From an uncultured Weeksellaceae bacterium (GTDB lineage Bacteria > Bacteroidota > Bacteroidia > Flavobacteriales_D > CAZDUI01): DNA of 64,000 nucleotides. Shown one piece after another: positions 55,586 through 64,000 of the stretch. The translations under genes and the position numbers were made by a program. The notes beneath the pieces are model-generated. The model was not told where the DNA came from and searched no databases. It saw nothing but the letters and a program-made list of their open reading frames with translations. Numbering within the stretch: the stretch's first letter is position 1; the number at the start of each line of letters is the position of its first letter. The stretch covers positions 44,903 through 108,902 of the forward strand of contig CAZDUI010000006.1 of NCBI GenBank assembly GCA_964508605.1, written 5' to 3'.

Positions 55586-56623
55586 TTAATCCCTTTGAAT
55601 ACTCAATTGCCGAAGGATATAAATCCATACCAGAAGCAACACAAATGCACCTACCTGATGCAATACGCCCAGCCATAACGGTACACCGGTAATAAGTGTC
55701 AATACTCCCAAAAGAAACTGAAGGGACAGGACCAATATCAACACATTTCCGGTTTTTATAAGATCTTTGGGCGCCTTCATTTTACGCAACCTGTAAACAA
55801 TGTAAATGCCTGCAAAAAATACCAGCCAGGCCATATTGCGGTGCACAAACTGAACGCCTGCCAATCCTTCAAGTAACTCCATTCCACCCTTATCGGAACC
55901 GGTAACCGCAGGATGAATCCAGTAATCACCCATCAATGGCCAGGTATTTAAAACAAAGCCTGCATCAAGTCCGGCTACAAAAGCTCCATATACAATTTGA
56001 ATTAACAAGACAAATAATGCTGCCTTTGTGAATAGTTGTAACCCGGGTGCGCTGAATTTGGTTTCTGCATTTTTTAATAAAGAAGTTGCCACCCAGAAAA
56101 TATATGCGCAGGTAACAAACGCCATGAGCAGGTGGGCTGCCAACCGATAGTGGCTTACATCCGGATTATCTACCAGTCCGCTGCTTACCATCCACCACCC
56201 TACAAAACCCTGTAATCCACCCATTGACAGAATCAGCAGGCATCGCAACAGCAATTTACCCCGAATCAACCCTTTATAAACAAACCAGATAAATGGAATA
56301 AAAAATACCAGCCCCAAAATACGTCCTATCAACCGGTGCAAATATTCCCAGAAAAATATTCCCTTAAATTCCTGAAGGGTCATGTTGTAATTTACCTTTT
56401 GAAACTCGGGTGTTTGTTGATATTTTGCAAAGGTCTCTTCCCATTGCGCTTCGCTAAGCGGCGGAACAGCCCCCATTACCGGATCCCATTCCACAATACT
56501 TAGTCCACTGTGCGTTAGCCGGGTAATTCCACCTACCACTACCATTACAAAAATAAGGAGGCAACCGGTAAGCAACCAGCGAAATACCGGGCGCAAACGG
56601 GAATCATGCAGGGTAATTGGCAT
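55586..56623 (-). CDS. ctaA: heme A synthase (COX15/CtaA family)
   Basis: 345 aa and multi-pass. Conserved His contexts (THSGLSIVEW, EYLHRLIG, LAAHLL, FVHRNMAW). Confidence 0.85.
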   Translation of the reverse strand: MPITLHDSRLRPVFRWLLTGCLLIFVMVVVGGITRLTHSGLSIVEWDPVMGAVPPLSEAQWEETFAKYQQTPEFQKVNYNMTLQEFKGIFFWEYLHRLIGRILGLVFFIPFIWFVYKGLIRGKLLLRCLLILSMGGLQGFVGWWMVSSGLVDNPDVSHYRLAAHLLMAFVTCAYIFWVATSLLKNAETKFSAPGLQLFTKAALFVLLIQIVYGAFVAGLDAGFVLNTWPLMGDYWIHPAVTGSDKGGMELLEGLAGVQFVHRNMAWLVFFAGIYIVYRLRKMKAPKDLIKTGNVLILVLSLQFLLGVLTLITGVPLWLGVLHQVGAFVLLLVWIYILRQLSIQRD

Positions 56624-56669
56624 TCATATAAGGTTTAAGCAAAGAATGAACAACACAAACCGAAAAAAG

Positions 56670-57548
56670 TTAAGCCGAAACTGTTTCCAGTTCGCGATTC
56701 ACTTTCTTGAACAATCCCTGCAATACTGTCCCGGGACCACACTCGGTAACTGAGGTAACCCCGTCGGTTATCATATTTTGCATAATTTGTGTCCAGCGCA
56801 CCGGAGCGGTAAGCTGGGCAATCAGGTTATTGCGTATTTCTGCAGGATTTGTAACCGGCATTGCATTCACATTTTGATATACCGGACAACGGGGTGTATT
56901 GAAGGTTAATGCATTTATAGCCCTTTCAAGTTCTACCCGAGCCGGTTCCATTAGCGGACTGTGAAATGCACCACCTACCTGAAGCAGCAGTGCACGCTTT
57001 GCGCCAGCCTCTTTTAATTTTTCGCAGGCTGTATTTACTGCATTTATCTCTCCGGAAATTACCAACTGTCCGGGAGAATTGTAATTTGCCGGCACTACTA
57101 CTCCTTCTACCTCAGCACATATCCTTTCCACCTCAGCATCTTCCATTCCCAAAATGGCCGCCATAGTACTTGGCACCGCCTCACAAGCCTTTTGCATGGC
57201 ATTGGCACGCTGCTGAACCAATTTTAAACCGTCTTCAAACGATAAGGCCCCTGCCGAAACCAAAGCAGAAAATTCGCCGAGTGAATGACCAGCCACCATA
57301 TCCGGTACAAACGAATCGCCCAAAGTAACTGCCTTAATTACAGAATGAATAAAAATTGCAGGCTGGGTAACATTGGTTTGTTTCAGTGCGTCGTCGGTAC
57401 CTGTAAACATAACATCGGTAATTCGAAATCCCAAAATGTGATTTGCATTTTCAAACATCTCCCGTGCTCCTGAATACTCCTGATATAAATCGTGACCCAT
57501 ACCCGAAAACTGTGCTCCCTGACCCGGAAAAACATATGCTTTTTTCAT
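56670..57548 (-). CDS. fabD: malonyl CoA-acyl carrier protein transacylase
   Basis: 292 aa. FPGQGAQ, active-site GHSLGEFSA, and GAFHSPLM. Confidence 0.93.
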   Translation of the reverse strand: MKKAYVFPGQGAQFSGMGHDLYQEYSGAREMFENANHILGFRITDVMFTGTDDALKQTNVTQPAIFIHSVIKAVTLGDSFVPDMVAGHSLGEFSALVSAGALSFEDGLKLVQQRANAMQKACEAVPSTMAAILGMEDAEVERICAEVEGVVVPANYNSPGQLVISGEINAVNTACEKLKEAGAKRALLLQVGGAFHSPLMEPARVELERAINALTFNTPRCPVYQNVNAMPVTNPAEIRNNLIAQLTAPVRWTQIMQNMITDGVTSVTECGPGTVLQGLFKKVNRELETVSA

Positions 57549-57631
57549 CTATATAATTTTGGACGAAGGTATGAAAATACATGAAAAACGAACTAATCAA
57601 ACCTTTAGATTTCCTTTGGGTGATGGTTTAT

Positions 57632-58534
57632 TTATTTCTGAAACAGCTTATTCAGCGCATCATCCATTCGCTCATACCGGAAAGTAAATCCTGCTGCTTT
57701 TATTTTACTGTTGTCTGCACGATTTCCTTTAAGAACCAACTCTGAAAGTTTACCAAACATGAGTTTAAGAATAAAAGCGGGCACGTTAGGTAGCCATGCC
57801 TTTCTATTTAACGCCTTGGCAAAATACTTTGTAAATTCACGATTGGTTACATGCTGAGAGGCAACAGCATTATATACTCCTTTCACCTTTGGGTTCTCCA
57901 ATGCAAAAATCATCATTTCAGCAATATCGTCAATGTGAATCCAGGGCATCCATTGTTTGCCTGTACCCAGGGGGGCACCCAGTCCCATGCGAAACACGGG
58001 AATCATTTTATGAAGCGCACCTCCGCCAGCAGCCAGTACCACGCCAATTCGCAGTTTTACCACCCGGGCATTGCCCGTCCATTCATCGGCAGCCTGTTCC
58101 CATAAACGAACCACATTAGCAGTAAAATCTTCTCCATTACCATCATCTTCAGTAAATATTTTCGCGGAAGGATTAATACCATAGAAATTAATACCTGATG
58201 CTGAAATAAACGTTTCAGGAAAAATACCTTTCCGCTTGCATTGTTCCAGCAAAAAAGCAGATGTAAAAGTACGCGACCGGATAATATATTCCTTTCTGTC
58301 ACGTGTCCATCTTTCGTCGGCAATGCCTGCACCGGCAAGGTGAATTACGGTTTTCAGTCCTTCCAATGCAGCGTCATCAAATACTCCTGTTTCCGGGTCC
58401 CATTCAAAAGCTTTGTAGGTTCCGGCTTTTCCTGACCTGGACAACACAGCAAAATCTTTACCTAGCGCAGAGAGTTTTCTGCAGAGAGTTTTACCCAACA
58501 GTCCGGTACCACCTGTAATCAGAATTTCGGCCAT
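57632..58534 (-). CDS. TIGR01777/YfcH-like NAD-dependent epimerase family protein (with DUF1731-like C-terminus)
   Basis: Start set at MAEILITGGTGLLG (ATG at 58534). Size and C-terminal region are typical of the family. Confidence 0.82.
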   Translation of the reverse strand: MAEILITGGTGLLGKTLCRKLSALGKDFAVLSRSGKAGTYKAFEWDPETGVFDDAALEGLKTVIHLAGAGIADERWTRDRKEYIIRSRTFTSAFLLEQCKRKGIFPETFISASGINFYGINPSAKIFTEDDGNGEDFTANVVRLWEQAADEWTGNARVVKLRIGVVLAAGGGALHKMIPVFRMGLGAPLGTGKQWMPWIHIDDIAEMMIFALENPKVKGVYNAVASQHVTNREFTKYFAKALNRKAWLPNVPAFILKLMFGKLSELVLKGNRADNSKIKAAGFTFRYERMDDALNKLFQK

Positions 58535-58567
58535 ACACTTCAAACGCATAGGGCAGGTAAAGGTTTA

Positions 58568-60049
58568 CTATGTTTTCAAAAAGCGTTTAACATCCTCCAG
58601 GCTCTCAATTTTATCGTCGCTTACGGTAAAAAACAAATCTACGGTACTGCCTCTCTTCAGGGATTCAAAAGGAATTTTGTTGTATTCTTCAGCCGAAATT
58701 CTCGCCAGTTTACCTCCGTAAAGCGTAGTAATAATCATACTTCCGGGCATGTTGCGCAGTAATAAACTATCACTAAAGAAAACATCAGGGTTCAGACGCA
58801 CCAGGCTATTATTACCCGGCATTATCATATAAAACACATTGGTACGCAGATCTTCGGTTTTATGTAATGGCGTACTAAATTGTAGTTGCGTATGTACCAT
58901 TACCGGCTGCATCTGATCTTGCTTAATAAACTTATCCCAGTTAAAAATGCCAAACCCACCCAACTCAAAAGTGCGGTACACCACCTCCTTTTCGGCTATC
59001 ATCCGTTCCAGCTCCTTCACTTCCGCCATAACAGTTTCATATTCATTCTGCCAGTATGCGGCATCCTTTGCAAACAATTGCTGCACGGTCATTACAGCCT
59101 CCATATTCCCTTTAAACTTGCGCCCGTCGTAGTATTCAAGTACAAACCGGTATTTGTTCTTTCCCAGCGCGTACACTTGTGCAGAACGTGTATCGCCTGA
59201 GGGCGGCATCTTTGACGGATTGTCCATTTTCCATACGATTGCATCGGCTGGATATTTTCTGCCTTTAAATGCAATTTCCGCATATATACTTACACTTAAA
59301 GGAGTTACATTGTAATCTCGCAACTTATCTTTGATTTTGGGCGACTTTTCCATGATGGCAATAGCATGATAATTATTGTTTGCCAGCATATCCAACAGGC
59401 TGTGGTAATTCAGTACTGCATAGCCATCAGTAAATGGTATGGCGTGCGCCGGTATTTTTTCATTCATTTTACGCACCATCTCCACCCGTTCTGTATTTAT
59501 TTCAGGATCTCCCTCACCCTGATACGCCCAGTTCTTATCCTCTTCATTCAAATAAAAAAACCTGTAGGTACTGTCGCTTTGCATAGAACCCATGCGAACC
59601 GTAACATTCATTCCCGGTTTCACATTCAGGGTATTTCCCTTGGTATCGTGCGCACGAATTTCAAACATACCCGCGGTTTCAAAAGTCTCATCTTTTCCTT
59701 CCACTTTCATGGTCATTGGTATACCCGATACAAAAATATCGGCAGCGGTATGAAATTCCCTGTATGAAAGCACGGCTTCACCGTTGAAGGGTTTACCCTG
59801 GGCATCAGTGAGTGCGCCGGCAGGAATGGAAATAGTAGTTCCTTTTCCGTTTGCCGGACGAAGTACCTGTGATTTACCGGCATTAAAAGCAATTTTTTCA
59901 ATCGGAATATCTACTCCCTGAATGGGAGGCGCGATGAATGGTTTTACCTGCTTCGCATTTGTGTCGGCAAAAGAAGAGTCCATTTTTCCTCCGGTTTTAC
60001 AGGCCTGCATTATCAATGCACATCCCGCAACTGCAAATACTGCTTTCAT
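58568..60049 (-). CDS. lipoprotein, unknown function
   Basis: 493 aa with signal peptide and lipobox (ALIMQAC). No family recognised. Confidence 0.6.
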   Translation of the reverse strand: MKAVFAVAGCALIMQACKTGGKMDSSFADTNAKQVKPFIAPPIQGVDIPIEKIAFNAGKSQVLRPANGKGTTISIPAGALTDAQGKPFNGEAVLSYREFHTAADIFVSGIPMTMKVEGKDETFETAGMFEIRAHDTKGNTLNVKPGMNVTVRMGSMQSDSTYRFFYLNEEDKNWAYQGEGDPEINTERVEMVRKMNEKIPAHAIPFTDGYAVLNYHSLLDMLANNNYHAIAIMEKSPKIKDKLRDYNVTPLSVSIYAEIAFKGRKYPADAIVWKMDNPSKMPPSGDTRSAQVYALGKNKYRFVLEYYDGRKFKGNMEAVMTVQQLFAKDAAYWQNEYETVMAEVKELERMIAEKEVVYRTFELGGFGIFNWDKFIKQDQMQPVMVHTQLQFSTPLHKTEDLRTNVFYMIMPGNNSLVRLNPDVFFSDSLLLRNMPGSMIITTLYGGKLARISAEEYNKIPFESLKRGSTVDLFFTVSDDKIESLEDVKRFLKT

Positions 60050-60060
60050 GGTTGTTGGCT

Positions 60061-60732
60061 TTACTGGTTATTATGTTGTAAGTAGTGGTGAAGCGCTAAA
60101 TAAGAGTAACTGAATTGTTCGCCCTGAAATCGTTTTCCGTATGGAAATGCTTTTACCCTCTGCCATTGTTCTATCCTGTTGCGGGTATTCATAAAACCCA
60201 GATTATAGGCAGCAGCAGCAAATTGTACCCAATTCTCTGCAGACCCGGAGGCATTATCGGGGAAACGATGCGCCAGAACTTTCAGGAAAGCGCAAACATA
60301 ACGATACTGCCAGGCAAAGCTTTGTAGTCGTACCAGCCTTTCCCGGCGCACCGTTTCCCCGTGCTGAGTGATATAAGGAGTTAATAATACTGTGTCCGTA
60401 TTCAGTACCTCAATGTCTTCAGCAAATGAAGGTTTCATTTGCGCTGTGCCAATAGAAAAATCGGCATATCGGGTTCCAAATTGAACGTACAACAGCTCCA
60501 AAGCTTCCGTTTCTATCAAATTACTGATGCTGTTGTATCGTAAAAACTCAGGAAACACAACCGAAAGCGCCACTTCTGAATCGCATTGGCACGATACCGG
60601 AAGATTTTGAATTTCATTTCGTGCCGAAACAGTCATCATTACAGCCTTGCGGTAATCATCGCCAAAATACTTTGCCTCTGTGGAAGGACGAAAAGCGTAT
60701 ACTGTTGATAATATCATCAATAACAACTGCAT
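60061..60732 (-). CDS. hypothetical protein, possibly lysozyme-like (SLT-type lytic transglycosylase fold)
   Basis: 223 aa. VVFPEF (candidate catalytic Glu), FSIGTAQMKP and AAAYNLG loosely match the SLT E-S / GLMQ / AYNxG motif order. Confidence 0.45.
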   Translation of the reverse strand: MQLLLMILSTVYAFRPSTEAKYFGDDYRKAVMMTVSARNEIQNLPVSCQCDSEVALSVVFPEFLRYNSISNLIETEALELLYVQFGTRYADFSIGTAQMKPSFAEDIEVLNTDTVLLTPYITQHGETVRRERLVRLQSFAWQYRYVCAFLKVLAHRFPDNASGSAENWVQFAAAAYNLGFMNTRNRIEQWQRVKAFPYGKRFQGEQFSYSYLALHHYLQHNNQ

Positions 60733-60901
60733 GTAAATGGATTAAAAGTTTAGAGCAACCAAATACTCTAAGCCAGGGTGGTTACAAATTTTATCTTTTT
60801 ATATGAAAGAAGTACATCTAGAACAACACGAAGACCTACGTAAATCTGGCAAATGATAAAAGTATATTTTTCAACATCCATTAGAATTCCCCAAATCGAA
60901 A

Positions 60902-60933
60902 TTTGCCTTATAACAACAAAAGTTATAGATTTG
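60902..60933 (+). promoter_or_regulatory. candidate Bacteroidota sigma-A promoter of hmgA-hppD (TTTG-N20-TAGATTTG)
   Basis: TTTG at 60902-60905 and a perfect TAnnTTTG (TAGATTTG) at 60926-60933, 17 nt upstream of the hmgA ATG. Confidence 0.5.
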
Positions 60934-60950
60934 ACGCAAATTTTCAGCAC

Positions 60951-62108
60951 ATGCCTTTTTATCACAAACTGGGAAACTTTCCTAAAAAACGCCATACTCA
61001 ATACCGCAAGCCCAACGGGGAATTATATCAGGAACAGTTATTTGGAACAGTGGGGTTCGACGGAATGTCAAGCCTATTGTATCATTTGCACCCCCCCACT
61101 ATGGTTAAGGATATTCTTGAAAGCAAAGACCTTACTCCTGAAATTGCGGTTGACAAGAACATGAAAAGTGTAAACCTGAATGGTTTTAAGATAACACCCA
61201 GACAAGATTATCTGGAATCCAGAACACCCGTACTGGTAAACAGCGATGCCCACATTGTTCTGGCAGCGCCAACAGGTAAAACCACCGAATATTTCTATAA
61301 AAATGCCGATGCCGATGAGGTGGTTTTTATACACGAAGGCAGTGGTACACTGGAGACCTTGCTGGGAGACATCACCTTCTCTTATGGCGATTATCTGGTC
61401 ATTCCGCGGGGCATCATTCATAGGTTCCGTTTTGATGGCGAAGTAAACAGACTTTTTATAGTTGAATCCTATCATCCGGTGTACACCCCAAAAAGGTACA
61501 GAAACTGGTTTGGACAATTGCTGGAACATTCTCCGTTCTGCGAGCGCGACATACGTCCCCCGAATCATTTACAGACGTATGATGCCTTGGGAGATTTTCT
61601 GGTGAAAGTAAAAAAGGAAAGCATGTTACATCAATATGTATATGCTTCGCACCCATTTGACGTAATAGGCTGGGACGGTTACAATTATCCGTATGCTTTT
61701 TCCATTCATGATTTTGAGCCTATTACCGGCAGGGTTCATCTTCCTCCGCCCATTCATCAGACGTTTGAAACTGCAGCCTTTGTAATTTGCTCGTTCTGTC
61801 CGCGGCTGTACGATTATCACCCTATGGCCATTCCTGCACCTTATAACCACAGCAATATAGACAGCGATGAAGTGTTGTATTATGTTGACGGTGACTTTAT
61901 GAGTAGAAATCACGTGGAAAAGGGAATGATAAGCCTACATCCAGCAGGAATTCCTCACGGTCCTCATCCCGGTGCCTACGAGCGAAGCATTGGTCAGAAA
62001 GAAACTTTGGAACTCGCTGTAATGGTAGATACTTTTAAACCATTAAAAATTACAAAACAAGCATTGGAAATTGAGAATCAGGACTATTATAAATCCTGGT
62101 TGAAATAG
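60951..62108 (+). CDS. hmgA: homogentisate 1,2-dioxygenase
   Basis: Start set at MPFYHKLGNFPKKRHTQYR (ATG at 60951). Cupin core and SLHPAGIPHGPHPG are typical of the bacterial short HmgA type. Confidence 0.88.
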   Translation: MPFYHKLGNFPKKRHTQYRKPNGELYQEQLFGTVGFDGMSSLLYHLHPPTMVKDILESKDLTPEIAVDKNMKSVNLNGFKITPRQDYLESRTPVLVNSDAHIVLAAPTGKTTEYFYKNADADEVVFIHEGSGTLETLLGDITFSYGDYLVIPRGIIHRFRFDGEVNRLFIVESYHPVYTPKRYRNWFGQLLEHSPFCERDIRPPNHLQTYDALGDFLVKVKKESMLHQYVYASHPFDVIGWDGYNYPYAFSIHDFEPITGRVHLPPPIHQTFETAAFVICSFCPRLYDYHPMAIPAPYNHSNIDSDEVLYYVDGDFMSRNHVEKGMISLHPAGIPHGPHPGAYERSIGQKETLELAVMVDTFKPLKITKQALEIENQDYYKSWLK

Positions 62109-62135
62109 AAATAAGAATCATCAAAATATACAGTT

Positions 62136-63296
62136 ATGGCCAAAGAAGTAAAAAACGTTGAGTACGGGCTGGAAAAGATTTTTGAAGATGCCCGAGATTT
62201 TCTGCCGTTAATGGGAACCGATTATGTAGAATTCTATGTTGGTAACGCCAAGCAAAGTGCACATTACTATAAAACAGCCTTTGGATTTCAAAGTTTGGCC
62301 TATGCCGGACTGGAAACAGGAATAAAAGACCGTGCTTCTTACGTTTTAAAGCAGGATAAAATAAGACTGGTGCTTACCACTGCACTCAACAGTAATTCTC
62401 CCATTGGCGAACATGTACAAAAGCATGGCGATGGAGTGAAGATTATTGCATTGTGGGTTGATGATGCCCGAAAATCGTGGGAAGAAACCACAAAAAGAGG
62501 TGCAAAATCTTTTATGGAACCCACGGTTGAAAAAGACGAACACGGAGAAGTATTGCGTGCCGGAATTCACACCTACGGCGAGACCATACACATGTTTGTT
62601 GAACGTAAAAATTACAACGGTACTTTTTTGCCCGGTTACCGGGAGTGGAAATCGGATTACAACCCCTCACCCGTGGGATTAAAGTTTGTAGACCACATGG
62701 TGGGAAATGTAGGCTGGGGCGAAATGAACACCTGGGTAAAGTGGTATGAAGATGTTATGGGATTTGTGAATTTTTTGTCGTTTGACGACAAAACCATACA
62801 TACGGAATACTCTGCATTGATGAGTAAAGTAATGAGCAATGGCAACGGGAGAATTAAATTTCCTATTAACGAGCCGGCCGAAGGCAAGAAAAAATCGCAG
62901 ATTGAAGAATACCTTGATTTTTATGAAGGCTCTGGCTGTCAGCATATTGCCGTTGCTACCGACAACATCATTGAAACCGTAAAACAGCTCAGAGCCCGCG
63001 GAGTAGAATTTCTTTCGGCGCCGCCCCATGCCTATTACGAAGAAATACCCAACCGCCTGGGTGTACACATGAGCATGATGAAAGAAGATATGGGTGAACT
63101 GGAGCGATTAGGAATACTTATTGACGCCGACGAAGAAGGATATTTGTTGCAAATTTTTACCAAGCCTGTAGAAGACCGACCTACGTTGTTCTATGAAATT
63201 ATCCAAAGAATGGGCGCCCGTGGTTTCGGTGCAGGAAATTTTAAAGCATTGTTTGAATCTATAGAAAGAGAGCAGGAAAAAAGAGGCACCTTATAA
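62136..63296 (+). CDS. hppD: 4-hydroxyphenylpyruvate dioxygenase
   Basis: 386 aa. Two VOC modules, GSGCQHIAVATDNI, and the C-terminal GFGAGNFKALFESIEREQEKRG. Confidence 0.93.
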   Translation: MAKEVKNVEYGLEKIFEDARDFLPLMGTDYVEFYVGNAKQSAHYYKTAFGFQSLAYAGLETGIKDRASYVLKQDKIRLVLTTALNSNSPIGEHVQKHGDGVKIIALWVDDARKSWEETTKRGAKSFMEPTVEKDEHGEVLRAGIHTYGETIHMFVERKNYNGTFLPGYREWKSDYNPSPVGLKFVDHMVGNVGWGEMNTWVKWYEDVMGFVNFLSFDDKTIHTEYSALMSKVMSNGNGRIKFPINEPAEGKKKSQIEEYLDFYEGSGCQHIAVATDNIIETVKQLRARGVEFLSAPPHAYYEEIPNRLGVHMSMMKEDMGELERLGILIDADEEGYLLQIFTKPVEDRPTLFYEIIQRMGARGFGAGNFKALFESIEREQEKRGTL

Positions 63297-63340
63297 AATT
63301 GTTTACGATTTTAATCCTTCAATAGAAATAACACTTTATA

Positions 63341-63631
63341 AAGGGGACTTTTAAAAATAGCAAATAGCAATTTTTAAATTTGTTTCCAGCAGATTCAATT
63401 CGTTTTTTGACTGATATTTCGGAATATATCAGGATAAAAAAACCTAGAAAATACATTAGAAAATCTATTGCGGGTTCAACCTGCTTTAAAATAAATAGTT
63501 TCACATTATTTTATTGCACTTTAAACCTTCATCATGAAGTCCTAACACATAATCCGTTTACTGCGTAAAGTAAAAAAATTGCATCTGAATACGTTGTAAA
63601 AGAAAATTAATGTTTATTTTTTCAATTCCTT
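63341..63631 (+). repeat. rod-like palindromic intergenic element, copy B (diverged, with ~110-nt extra segment in the 3' arm)
   Basis: The core 63341-63440 aligns ungapped with 29421-29520 (77/100). Apical hairpin CTGATAT ttcggaat ATATCAG at 63411-63432. TGCATCTGAAT recurs at 63580-63590. Candidate closing stem 63341-63360/63614-63631. Confidence 0.55.
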
Positions 63632-63784
63632 ACAGGTTTTAAATTCAGCAAACATGCTTCAACATTGTATAAGACTAATGCAGGCTGAAAGGTTAAAATT
63701 GAGTATTTTGGCATCTGTTAATGTTTGGTGCAGGCTTACAGCGAATCAATCCGGAATACCGCACTACGCTTATATTTGACTGTT

Positions 63785-63919
63785 ATGGAATTGAAAAACA
63801 TAATTTTGAAAACAAAACTAAAACACATCATCCCCATCCTGCTCGCAGCAGCAATGGCGGCCTGCACGGGTAACCGAAAAGCAGACGAAAAACCTGCTCC
63901 CTTATTCCCGCAACCCTAA
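63785..63919 (+). CDS. 44-aa lipoprotein-signal ORF, possibly the 5' end of a larger gene interrupted by an in-frame TAA
   Basis: MELKNIILKTKLKHIIPILLAAAMAACTG is a signal peptide with lipobox. TAA lies at 63917-63919, and the same frame then stays open to the window edge (SVEVNTKGGYSLNTVTGDTLKPIILES). Confidence 0.35.
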   Translation: MELKNIILKTKLKHIIPILLAAAMAACTGNRKADEKPAPLFPQP

Positions 63920-64000
63920 AGCGTGGAAGTAAACACAAAAGGCGGCTATTCATTAAATACAGTAACGGGTGACACCCTAAAACCCATTATTTTAGAAAGC

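Noticed and set aside
29420-63631. The two element copies are direct repeats, so they could be att-like boundaries of a 34-kb island.
   Set aside because: The interior is housekeeping (upp, fabD, ctaA, two-component system, hmgA/hppD) with normal composition and no integrase or mobility genes. The copies are only ~77% identical.

Overview
This 64-kb window looks like a chromosomal stretch of a Bacteroidota-type genome. The evidence is five proteins with T9SS C-terminal sorting domains, a PorW/SprE-like TPR lipoprotein, TAnnTTTG promoter boxes, and an F-ATPase operon that ends at atpG without atpD/atpC. I count about 60 protein-coding genes, mostly on the minus strand. They are tightly packed, with several ATGA/TGATG stop-start overlaps. 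Recognisable content, in order: a partial TonB-dependent receptor, PepF, an S8 protease, rnhA-purN, an OmpA protein with thrombospondin-type repeats, a tandem Usp, bactofilin-atpZ-atpBEFHAG, PorW/SprE, a PAP2 phosphatase, upp, an SDR/FemAB-like/crotonase/GT4 cluster, a PNGase F-like T9SS protein, TonB, an OmpR-type two-component pair, an ALDH, SCO, a CAP protein, a Tat-signal LD-carboxypeptidase, an MtfA-like peptidase, YyaL, heme A synthase, fabD, and hmgA-hppD. I saw no rRNA, tRNA, CRISPR array, transposase, integrase or recognisable defence genes. The most unusual signals are non-coding. The two largest gene-free gaps (near 29.4 kb and 63.3 kb) each hold a diverged copy of a rod-like palindromic element, with 77/100 ungapped identity in the core by hand count. 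The copies share a hairpin with compensatory changes, and several G-U pairs favour a plus-strand RNA. A low-GC three-gene islet (7.3-11.3 kb) also sits inside a T9SS-cargo operon. I did not find a convincing novel multi-gene system. All family calls rest on motif recognition by eye, not on database searches.
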